This document shows, piece after piece, positions 1 to 11,900 of a stretch of DNA of 64,000 nucleotides. Made by a program: the position numbers and the translations under genes. The notes under the pieces are model-generated. The model saw only the letters and a list, made by a program, of their open reading frames with translations, did no database searches and was not told the DNA's origin. Numbering within the stretch: the first letter of the stretch is position 1; each line of letters starts with the position of its first letter. Origin of the DNA: Tubiluchus corallicola (Eukaryota > Animalia > Priapulida); NCBI GenBank assembly GCA_030141605.1, contig JAQGDQ010000010.1, positions 1,178,001 to 1,242,000 on the forward strand, read 5' to 3'.

Positions 1-249
1 GAACAGCAGACTGAGAACAGACACAGCTTTAGCAGACGAATAGCACGGCGATGAATTACGGGGGCAAGTGTACTTATTCAAAGTAGCTTATTCGAAATAT
101 ATATTCATCATGAGTACATGTGCATTAAAAATTAGCTTCCATATCTTCAAACATATGGAGACTCTTTTAGATGTTTCAGTAAGAATCAGTAAGATTTTCA
201 TTGTTGATTGGCTTCAAATTTACAAATGCGGTGCTTTGGGTGGATTATC

Positions 250-420
250 GCAGCAGCTGCTGCTGCTATTGTTCTTCTTGTTGTTAATTTTGTTTTTGTT
301 GTTGTTGTTGTTGTTGTTGATGATGATGTTGTTGTTGTTGTTGTTGTTTGTTGCTGTTCCTCTTGCTGAATGCTTCTACTATGACTGTTACTGTTGTTGT
401 TGCTTGTTTCTGTTGTTGTC
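250..420. repeat. (TTG)n/(CTG)n/(ATG)n trinucleotide microsatellite
   Basis: Visible imperfect TTG/GTT runs; these produce the poly-L, poly-T and poly-C ORFs at 68-635. Confidence 0.9.
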
Positions 421-1519
421 ATCGTCGTAATTGCTCTCATTATCGCTGTTGCCGTCATTATGGTTATGGTGGTTGCATTTGCCGTTGTCGTTTTCCTTCT
501 TCTTCTTTCTCTTTTTTTCGTTTAATCATACGTCGACACAAAGCAAAGAATCAACGGGTTCTACAAATGCTTGACTTAAAAATACTTCACTCGTTTTCCA
601 ACTTGAATTGTACTAATATTTGCAATTTTAGTTAATATTAATACGGCAGTTGTATTTACAGTGCTACCTGGTTTTTCTTAGAGAAAGAGAGAGAGAAAGA
701 TTTTGTGATTGTGTTATATTTGTTTATTGTATAATCAGACGAACATTTCATGGAATTAAATGGAAATGCAGCAACATGAACTTACTTGCTACAATAATCT
801 CTCTTACGAGCCGTTTTGACTGAAATTTCACTTCAGTTTGACTCAGTACACTGAAGTCATCTCTGCCGATAAGGAATGCACTGTCAAGAAGCCAAAATAC
901 ATTGTGTGTGTGACATTACAAAACTGTTTGTAATGCGTATATAGAATAGCACCATAAAAGCAGCGATTCTTCATGGCTATAAAAATTACAATTATTGATA
1001 GAAAAGAAAAATTCGGCCAAGCCGACGCAGGCTCAAATAATTAGCCTCACGTAAATGTAAACAGTAGGATGGGACTTACCACAAAGAACTAAAAAAATGA
1101 AGAAAAGGTATAATTATGTAAAGTCTCGGCGGACAGCGTTTGATGAGAGTGCTCGCCTTTCTGACTAGCTCGACAAGTGTTGAAAATTATAATACTATAT
1201 GCATTATACTGTATACTGTGTATGTTCAAGTCTTATTAAAATGATGTTAACAGTTACTGAAATTAAGTTAGGGGAAGGAAATCAAGGGAAAAATACACCG
1301 GAGCAGAATTACTTGAAGGATAATGAACAGTGGCAACATAGCCTCATAGGGGGTGACAATGCAGAATCAGCACACAGTCTGATAATTACGGAATTGCGTG
1401 AAGATTTCAGTATTTCTGAATATGCACATATTCCTTCTTCTCGCGTAAGACATATTTCACAGTACTTGCAAGTGGAAACTGGGCGTTGCTAATATGTTGA
1501 CCGTGAAATGCAACTTTGT

Positions 1520-1720
1520 GAGTTCAATTCAATTCAATTCAATTTCAATTTATTTATCTCTTTATAGTGTTACAATAAAACATGATTAATAAAAGAATCT
1601 CTAATAAATTTTGAAAATGGTTAAAATATATAGATCTAGAATTAGAGAAAGGATAGCGAAAGGACTATAAAGTCACCTAGTCTGCTATTCTTTACCGAAT
1701 ATAGATAGAAAGATTTTTTA
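1520..1720 (-). mobile_element. Possible 3' end remnant of a LINE with (AATTG)n tail
   Basis: The minus strand reads ...TAAATAAATTGAAATTGAATTGAATTGAATTGAA, a poly(A) signal followed by a short tandem tail as seen in CR1/L2-type 3' ends. No coding remnant recognised. Confidence 0.3.
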
Positions 1721-4700
1721 GACACTGGTGGGCATTAATGTTATCAGTTTAATTTAGGAAACATTAGTAATTTTTAAAATTATGACATTTTCTATATAAT
1801 CCTATATGAGTGAGGTTTAAGTGCTCAAACTGAAAAACATGTAATGTGTAATTGTACAGTAACTGAGAATTTACGTGTTAAACACACAGGTCAGACAATT
1901 ATTGATGTTGACGCTTTATGGAATTTAGACCCAAAGATTATTTGTCATGTCTTATCTTCTTGGAATACTCAAATTGAAACCTAGAACACGCCCATTTATA
2001 CTTGTCTGTACATGCCCATGTCTATACTTTATAGTTTTATATGCATTTCGTTTTTGGTATTTTGCCAAGTTAGGATGCATGCCTATTTATGTTAATTGTT
2101 ATCGTATTGTTATGCTATTGCTGGACCTATTGTCCAGTGATCAATACGATAAACTAACTAATTAAGACCCAACATAAAAGTCTGCGGCAGATGAATGGAG
2201 AAGGGAATTCAATGTTTAGTCTTTATTCACTCACGTCATAAACCAAGTTTGGCTTAGTACTGTACTTGTTTCATTACTTGCGTAGGTTTACTTCAACACT
2301 CAATGGTTAAACGGTAGCAGTGAAATGAATCTGACGTTGGCAATGACTGCTGCACACTGCAAATACTGTTAGAGGTGTTGCAGTGCATACCTCTGTAGTT
2401 TACCTGCGCTCTTCCACAGAATCGGAGAGTTGAGCAGCTTTCTTGAGTGCATAACAAACAGAATCATGCTCAGCACCTAACAAGTACAATTGAAGCCGTG
2501 CATTGATACCATGCATTAAACACTATTGACAAGGCACTTGCGTAAAATTCAGTTTTTGAAGTCTCGCTGATCTGGTGATTTAATTACGTATAAAAAACTG
2601 GGGAAAGTAGTAAAGACTGTAATTTTACAAAAATACTAAAAATTATTAAATACATAATGTCATCTGAAAAGACCGTTGGCAAAAACATAATAAGTTTGTC
2701 TTTGTAAAGCTTGATTTAATTCTTCTTCCCAAAGTGGCATTTTCTGGAGTTGGTTTACGTAATTATTGTCATTCACTATGTATGTGAGTATTGTTTCAAT
2801 GTAGATGAATATATAGCTTTATATAGCAAATGCGTTAGCAAGACTAAAGACATGCTAATGTGTACTATACTGTGAGTGAAGCGCTGAAGCAAATAACAGA
2901 ACAGACGAGTGGCCGCGGGAACAGAAGGTAAATGACAAAAGCTACAATTACCATAAGCTGTATGAACAGCATTGACGCGTGTACAAGAAACAACAGTCGT
3001 CTTAGATTTGCAATAATTACTCATTACGGCGGCTTCTTATACTTCTAATATTCGTGCGTCTGAATTCACAGTTTTATCGAAATTGCCATATTTTCCCTAG
3101 ATTTGTCCATTTTGCGCAATTGGCCATGAGCACTTACCGAGCCGAAATTGCTAACCAAAAAAGCTCATTGCTTTTGACAAAATGTTTTACGTACGCTATA
3201 CAGGCTTTGGTTAGTGTTTACTTCAACATGTCACAAGATGACGGAAATGTTAACTTTGGTGCGTAATTGACGAAAAATTTTAAGACAGCCACTGAGCTTA
3301 AACGCTTAGATTTTGGTTTACTGCTTTCTAAACAGCGGCAATATGGAACTTCTGTGTTATATTTTGCACATAAAATAAAAATTTTCAGGGCAATTACATT
3401 CTGACTTGACTGATATGTTTACAGTTTTCCTCGTTCTCTTTGGCGTGTGAAAAGCTCTGAAACCACAGAGAGTAATATGTCCTGCCCGATTTATGATTCT
3501 GTGCGCTATTTTTCCCCAATGTAATTATGGCGAGCGAGCAGGTGTTTTCTGGATTGATGACTCTGGTTTAATTCACTTTGCCGCCAGACAATGCGTGCAA
3601 TAACGTGTCAAACAAAAATTGCAAGCAAAAATAAACCGTGCACTACGTAGAACGATCGCGCGTGATTGATAATATAAGCGCACGTGGCTAGCCTAAAAAT
3701 ATGTTTTTTCGTCCAACATATAATTTTGATCCATGCGGTGGTGTAACACACAACGACATTACTTTAACCAAAAGTGGTAAATATGATAACAATATGTAGA
3801 ATGTTCTATTGGCGTGCAGAACTTTCAATTTCAGACATGATCTGATGAATCCTATCTTCTGCGGTTGTAATATATTAATAATAACACCATTATAGCTGGT
3901 TGCTTTCGTTACCAAATCATCATTTGGTTTTACTTGTTATCAAATTTTTTTACAAGAAATAAAGCTATACTTAGTCTGCTGTCAGTGATACCTATAGGTG
4001 GACAGATATTCCGTCGATGGAAGCCTCACTTTGTGGACGGAGCTTTATTTAAGGCAGTTGCGCAGTGCAAACTATTAGCAAATTTTTTTAGCTTGAAAAT
4101 TAGCTGCATCCATGAAATAAAGTAATTCCGCTGTACCCACAGCGCTTGAGAATCTTTGTATAGCAGTCGTGAAAGCTCCGGAAATTTTCATCCACAAAAA
4201 GTTTCACGACTAGAATGAATTAGTAAGTTGTAGCAGAATTCATTTAACTTATTCATCACAAATGGAATAATAGTTCCCTTTTAAAGGGCAGCAAGACTGT
4301 AATCGAAATTCTTTCCGCTTAACAAAATTCATGGTGCGACAAATTGAAAATGGAATTAATACTACTTTACGCGCAATAAATTGAAACCTTAAATAGTGTG
4401 TAACCATTGAAGTCGATAACGTAGCCTATATATATCCCACGCTATAATATAATTGTAACGTTTATGTTACTATAGATTTGTCTACGTATTCAGTTTGGTA
4501 TTTTTCTACAAATAACGCAAATAATCTCTTATAATTTCTTCCCAGTGATGATTAAAACAGTATAAACTATTTAGTCCTGAAATAGTTCTCAGAAACTTGG
4601 TTGCCGTCGTAGTAATGATCTCCCAAAGAATATCATACATTTGCCGCTGATTATCAAGGACCCTTGATATCATAAGACGAGACGCTAAACTTGCAGAGAC

Positions 4701-5220
4701 GTTTTAGCCAAGTACGGATAGACTTTTGTTTCCCTTTAACGGGATAAATAGCCGGAAAGCTATATGGCGAATGAAAGAAGTAATTTTTCGATAGTCACCC
4801 TTTTATTAATTACCACGCTCAACATTGGCTCGGCAGCTTGGCAAGCCCTTTATTATAAAATTTTAAAATATATATGACTCAAACACTAGCCTGCTTTATT
4901 TGCTTGCTTACTCAAAGCTTATTCATTGGGCCATCAAACGTTTCGCCTTCCTTCATCTGAACCAAGGTTGAAACTAATTTAAACAACAATGTTCAAACAC
5001 AGTTTTCGGTATAAAAAGCCTCGGAGTGTCTTTATTTGAAAAAGCCCTCTGTTTTTCTGTTACACACTGAGCTTATGCTATAGAGTCTAACAAATTTGTC
5101 TAATTCCTTAGTTTATTGCTAACATTTTGTCTGCTGATTTTTTAAATGCTAAAGTTATGCAGGTTTGAAAGTTTCAAAAATGTTTCTACTCTTTTGCTAA
5201 TGCCGCTACTTTATCTTCAG

Positions 5221-7667
5221 GTGATTGCTGTTGTCTCCATACTCTTCATCGTCGTTTCAACCATTGCCTTGACGCTCAACACCATGCCCGCTCTACAATC
5301 AGACATCAACGGTGAGATTTCTGACAATCCGCATCTCGTGATCGTAGAAGCCGTCTGCATTGCCTGGTTCACTCTCGAGTACGTCCTGCGCTTCTGGGCC
5401 TCACCCAACAAGTGGAAGTTTTTCAAAGGAACGCTGAATATCATAGACCTACTGGCCATTATGCCCTTTTACATCTCTCTTTTTCTCATTGAGACAAAAA
5501 CCACCGACCAGTTTCAAGACGTACGCCGCGTGGTGCAAATTTTTAGGATCATGAGGATCTTCAGGATCCTCAAGCTGGCCAGACATTCGACCGGGCTTCA
5601 GTCGCTGGGTTTCACGTTACGCAATAGCTACAAGGAGCTGGGGTTGCTTCTCATGTTCCTGGCCATTGGCGTCATGTTGTTCTCGAGCTTGGCGTACTTC
5701 GCGGAGAAGGACGTCAATGCGGAGGGCTTCCGAAGCATTCCGGACTCGTTTTGGTGGGCCAGCATCACCATGACCACGGTCGGTTATGGAGACGTTGTGC
5801 CAAAGACTACATTGGGGAAGATCGTAGGCACCGTGTGCTGTATCTGCGGTGTGTTAGTAATTGCTCTCCCTATCCCCATCATAGTAAATAATTTTGCGGA
5901 GTTTTACAAAAATCAGATGAGGCGTGAGAAAGCCTTGAAGCGCAGGGAGGCTTTAGTGAAAGCAAAGCGCACTGGCAGCATGGTGAGTGTGCATTCTGTG
6001 AATTTGCGCGACGTGTTTGCCAAGAGTGTTAACATGGTTGACGTAAAGGGTGAACAAAATGAGAAACTCTCGCTAGAAGGCGTGGAAGTTGTTGTAAAGG
6101 AAGAAGCAGAACAGAAGGCGAAGCCACATTCTTCGTTCACAAAGTCTTCGTTTACCAAAAGTCAGCCTCCAGAAGGTTATCATGAACATTTCAGAGAAAG
6201 GCGTAGTTTAGCTGTGGGTGAGCCAAGACTTACCACTAGTCTTGGAAACCTTGTGGACTTCATTGGTAACTCTGTCAAGGTAAGAATGAAGCTGTATACA
6301 GTTGCATTTATACTTGTATGTAGCAAAGAGGAGCATTACTTGAATTATTAAACTTATGAATCATTTGTATTATGTGAGCCACCCTCTACAAGATATTTGG
6401 CAATTCGTTCGCATAAGCTTTTATGAGAAAATGCTTTAACCTAGTATTACTAAACCTCACAAGGCCAGCTTGATCATTTCGAAATCTTCTCCCCAAGGCA
6501 TAGCATGGAAGTAAAAATTAAATGCCAAATGTTATAGTCACAATACTGTTTACTTCTCTGAAAACGGCACCCCTGCTGTAATTCAACTAATATTGAACAC
6601 ATTTTGGTGAATGTACATTTCTGTCTCACTTGAATGTACAATTGGGATGATGTTAAGTCAAAGCTGGTCAGTGGTCAGCTTTACAAGAATGTTGCGACTA
6701 AGTGCACTAGTCTGTTCATGTTTTGAAAATCTGCTTGCCCAATGTTTGCAGCAGACTTTAATGGCAGTAGAAGCCACGTTTTTGTAACGGAAATAAATAT
6801 TGGTAACTGTACGTAAATTTAAAATGAGACACAAATTGGCGAAATTGTTTTCTGTTTTTCTGATTGTGTCTCACTTATTCTGCTTAAAAACAGAAAAAAC
6901 TACACTTCCTACTTGTCTGTAACAGAGTTTTTAGTTGGCAGATGCTTTTTCGTATTAAGAATTGTGAGAACTGATAGGAAATTCTGCCAGTATGGCTCAT
7001 AAATATTGAAATTGGTACTTCATGCAAGTGATAACGCCATCACGCAGTCTCTTTGCCACACCCTTTGATATTCACTATCGTATTTTCTCTTGTTGCACAG
7101 GCGATCTAATTTCCATTTCATTATACACTTCATTTATATCTGTATCGATCTCGCCGAAGCTGTTGAATTTTAATGCAGCTATTACCCTAAAATTATTAAA
7201 ATAACCATATGCAAACATTGGTGAATATTCGTTTTATTCCACTCATTTCGCCATTGAGAATCGAAATGTGATGTTGAATGCACTGCGAATTAACAATAAC
7301 AAAAAATACTATATTGACTATATTGAAGCGGTCAAGCATTTTTAACCACTGTTTAAAGATGCAAAAATAAACAGCCAGATAGAGTAGTATATAAAGAGAT
7401 CAACTGGCAAGTCACCGTAACGGAATTTTATGAAATTGAATTGTGGCTAATTTAGCTTGCTATGTTAAACTACAAATGGAATACTGAAACTGAATGAATG
7501 AAATAACAGTAACACTCAGCGGCAAGTAAATCACTTAGTCAGCCAGTCTGTCATCCAAGGGAATTGTAAGACGGGCGATCTGTTAGCAGTCAGTTGATTT
7601 GTTTTCCATCTTGCCTTCTCGGCTGGCTTCCTGTCTGTTTGTTCCTGTCTGTCTACTTGCCGGCCTA

Positions 7668-7730
<63 letters not shown>

Positions 7731-8922
7731 GCCTGCCTGCCTGTCTGCCTGTCAGTCAATTCGTCTGTCTTTTTTTCCATCTATTTGAGGATTGTGTAAC
7801 CATATTTACCACCCAAACAATCGTTACCCACCATATTGACCACCATATTGAACAACTACTTAATTTGTCAACACATATATAATGCTAAAAACACGTCCTT
7901 TTCAAACAAAATTTTACTACAATTTTATAACTTTGTTTTATTTCCTGTAGGAGGGCAGAGAACCGCTTCTGTTAGGACATTACCAGGGAGAACCATCGTC
8001 AGAAATTGCTCAAGTCAGATTTTCCGCAGTGCCATGGTCATCTCTTAACAAACAACAAGAAAAGGAGGCTTGCAAGATTCGCTCACAGTCTGTGGCGAGT
8101 GATGCCGGTTGTCGAATTGTGAGCCAACAATGTGGCAGTGATAGTCCACTAACTGGCAGAGCTCACAAAACAAACTATGCAAATGTGGAAACTGTCAAAC
8201 TTAATGCAAGCACTAGTCCTTTTGGCAGTAGTGACTTCAGATCATTACACAAGGAGTTCCAGAGTATAGGAACAAGTCCGATTCCTAGTCCTCTGCTGCC
8301 ACGTTCAAAGGAGGTGGCCAAATCTGCTCATGATAAGCTAAAAATAATTGGTGCCAAAGTATGTGATCAGTATATTAATGGTGATTACAATCCTCAGGTT
8401 ACAGGCGACCCCATGGAACTGCGGGCCGCGCGACTTTCTGTGCAAAGCCAACCGAAGGCAAAAAGCTTTGAACTTGTTCCTGAACGTGCCAAAATGGCTG
8501 ATCAAGTCCGATCGTTGAGTGTGGGCATGACACCAGTAAATGGACATTGTTCGCCGTCCGCGGTTTTGTTCCGAAATGCTTCCAGTCACTCAAAAAATCA
8601 CACTGTGCTCAATGTGTCACCATGCAAGTCACCGAAACACAGAAAGACATTCTCGCCAACTATATATCCTGATTATACCGATGATTTAGCTAATGTTACC
8701 ACTTCTGATTGGACCTGTACCGACAAGGAATGCCCTTTTAATAGGCAAACAGGAAACTTTAGTGATATTTCGAGTGATATTTTCTGTGTGTGTGGGAAGT
8801 CTATGGCATTAGCAAATACATCTAGCTCAACAGACTTTGTAGGAAATGGTACTACAAGCTCAAACTGCGAAGAAGAGGTCATAGAATCATCAACTGCAGA
8901 CAATGAAGGCAGTGTGACATAA
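5221..8922 (+). CDS. Shab: Voltage-gated potassium channel Kv2/Shab, 3' part (exons 5221-6279 and 7951-8922; upstream T1-domain exons are not recognisable in the window)
   Basis: S1-S6 helices, S4 [14 protein letters not shown], pore [17 protein letters not shown]6 LPIPIIV and Kv2-type proximal tail [19 protein letters not shown]...[18 protein letters not shown]. Splice sites: ttcag|GTG at 5221, AAG|gtaag at 6279, cctgtag|GAG at 7951; phase 0, in frame with the 8029-8922 ORF. Confidence 0.93.
7665..7750. repeat. (TCTG)n tetranucleotide microsatellite in a Kv2 intron
   Basis: Direct tandem TCTG units grading into CCTG units. Confidence 0.95.
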
Positions 8923-11900
8923 ATTAGAGGTAAGGCTTAAGTAGTGTTTGACATTTTGTGTTGCTAATTTTCCGCATTCTGTATTTCAAATTAGAAATCA
9001 TAATTGTAATGTCACAGTACATATCTCAATAAACTGTGACAAAATTATTACACAATAGCCAATAATTTCAGTATTACATGACATGATGACAACCCTTTCA
9101 CCACAAGGTACTACAATTAAATGCAAAACAGTAAAGTTTAAAAAGTTGCATTGTAATCATGTGCAGCCCAATAACACAGATACATAAAGCATGCATATAT
9201 TCAATCATGCATACATAAGCACACACATATGTACACATGCATATTATAAAAGCTATTTATACATACACAACAATATACTGCAGTATACTCTGCACTGGAC
9301 TGCATTGTGATGCAGCTCAGTACAGTGCAGTGCATCCTAACCCTATAAAGTAGACCGAGAATCAATGATAAACAACAAAACACAAAGTATTGCTGCACTA
9401 CACAAAATAGTAGTATCTGCTGTACTGCTGTGCTATCCCAATGTAATACAACGCAAAACTCGTAATTACAAATTTGTATATTTATATGCTATATAGCGTG
9501 TGCAAACACATCCCATAAATGTTTATTACATGTTAATACAATGTAGTCTGAAACGTTTTTATCATTTTTATAAATCTTACATCAATTTCCATGGCATTGT
9601 TAAACCCACTCCATGTCCACAATAACATTCTCTATCTATTTACTTCGCGGATCTCAGCCTCTTCATTCTATCAATAATCTCATCAACCAGTATGCATTGT
9701 AGTAGTAGAAATACATTACGTGTGACGTCACGCGTCCGTCCAATAGTGTGAATAGCAAATGAAAACGGTAAATAACTTTGCCATAAATGCATTTGTTCGC
9801 TTGAAACTTGAGCAAAACGACATTTGCCTCTGAAGAAAACAAGTCAATATTCATAAATCTTGAACGCGCGACTGGAAATGTTTTGTAAATTCAGTAATTT
9901 TTGCGAAGAACTTCCTGTCGGTGTTGAGTTATTATTATCACCATTCCATCAAAAGCAATGTGCATTCGCGAAATGCGCCATTGCAAGCTCTCATGAATAA
10001 CTCTGCTTTACAAATTTGAATTTATCTGCATGAAATATGAGTTTTGTATTGCAAACCATAAGACGCTGAAGTGAATTGAATTCACATCTTGAATGTCTTT
10101 GGGTGTGTAATAGTATTTTATTGTGTTTGCCGGCCATAAACTAATTTTGCAGTGGCTGCAAAAAGTATTTTTTATAAAAAAAAATACAGTAATCTTTGTA
10201 AACTATTGCTTTATTAATTATTAACTTGTTGATCTAACAAAGTTTTCGAAGCTCTGCGCATTTAAATAGGCAATAAAGCAATGAAATATGAGTGCTTTTA
10301 ACTCTAAATTCTAGAACTTTATCTGCCTCAGTAATTCGAAATGTGCTGTAAACATTCAATTGTAGAAAGTTTAAAACACTTAGTTAAAAAGTTTTGATAC
10401 ACTCTTGAATTTTGATCGATTAAGTTCTAAATGATTTTGATGTATCATATTCCACATACAAAACATACTTTACAACTGACAAATAACGACAAATTAACCA
10501 TATTTGAAGTATTATAATTTTTAGTCAAAAAAGTCTGTTCTAGGTCATGTGTATTAATAGCTAGACAACACAAAGCATTTTTAACTTTGTCAAATTCTTA
10601 AAAGTAAAGCACAGTTTTATAAAAGAACCTTGTTATTAAATTTTATTTATTTATTTTTTCTGTAAATATTACAGAGCTTTGGTTTTTCAAGAAAAAATTA
10701 GTAAGAAGTTTGAGCAGAAAATCATCCAGTTTAGTTTACACCAAATCAATTGGTACGCGACCAAAACTATATTATGGTCACACCATTTCCGTTCTGCTTC
10801 AAACTCGTCCAGTCGTTTCTTGTATTTTTTGAGCCACATAAGATTTTTTATGTAAACTCGTTGCACCAGTCGTATGGTTTTATTCCAATTGAAGTTGGAA
10901 GACCTAAACTTAGGTCGTCTACACTAGGCCTTTTGCATTATATTTGCAGCTTAACTATTATGCCAGAAATACAACGTGCTTGTTGCTATGAAACCTCTAT
11001 ATATATATGTGTAGGCACACGTTTAGCCTACCCATATGTAGTATAGTTGGTAGTATAGTCAACAACAACAGGCACACATGCAACATAGAACAGAGATTTG
11101 TTCAGTACACAGCGGCATAATCAATTATTAAGGACATTGCTAATAAATTTGATGACTGGTATTATTACAGTATAGGCCTACACGCTGAATACGATTTTGA
11201 TACATCCGAACTAATAACTAATATCTATTGACCGACCAGCACGATGAATTTTTCGTATAATAGTTTGTTTATCCCGATCTCTAGATTTACGTAGTTAGGA
11301 AACTATATTATCTAATCAAGTTGCATATGTTCAATTTTAACACCATTATCCCATTTGTCTAAGGTTGTGAAACTAACCAACAGATTTTTTTTGTTTTGTG
11401 TTTTCGTTTAATGCGCGCCTTTATTTCCTCTATTTGCAAGAATTCCGAATTGTTAACAGATGTAGACTTCTTTATTTTATATTTTTGGAGCAAGTTTACT
11501 TAACTCGATGCATGTAAGATATTTTCGCACTGAAGAACAATGTACTGATTTTATAAAAAAATTTATTTGAGTGCTTCTAGCATTTAATTCTGATTCTCAT
11601 ACTTCCTTGATAATTCAAGGTCAAAAGCGATGTTGAATCATCTCATATATGCGCATAATTTTCTTCGAATTGATTGTTTTCTTTGTTTAAAAAACTTCTT
11701 CTCTTTGCAGATTGTTGCTGCCAGCAAAGAACAAGAAAGCAAAGGATTGGATCGATAACTCGCCGAAAGCTGGCTTTTATAGTCACTATGCTTCTACTCT
11801 AAGCCTTGGCTGCGCTGAAAACCAGTGGCGCATTTTACATGGTTTCTTTCAACAATATTTAATCAACCAGCGATAACACTAGTAGAAAACAATTCCCTAA

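Noticed and set aside
68-635. Low-complexity ORFs (poly-L, poly-T, poly-C)
   Set aside because: Artefacts of a trinucleotide microsatellite; the same applies to 7583-7799 and 62937-63225.
5146-5220. ATG start and read-through end of the 401-aa Kv ORF
   Set aside because: Intronic sequence ahead of a clear acceptor at 5220. The ORF tail after 6279 is also intron, as is the 51800-51826 start of the TBC1D25 ORF.
9723-9730. Perfect CRE palindromes TGACGTCA (also 15550-15557)
   Set aside because: 8-mers with no independent support for function.
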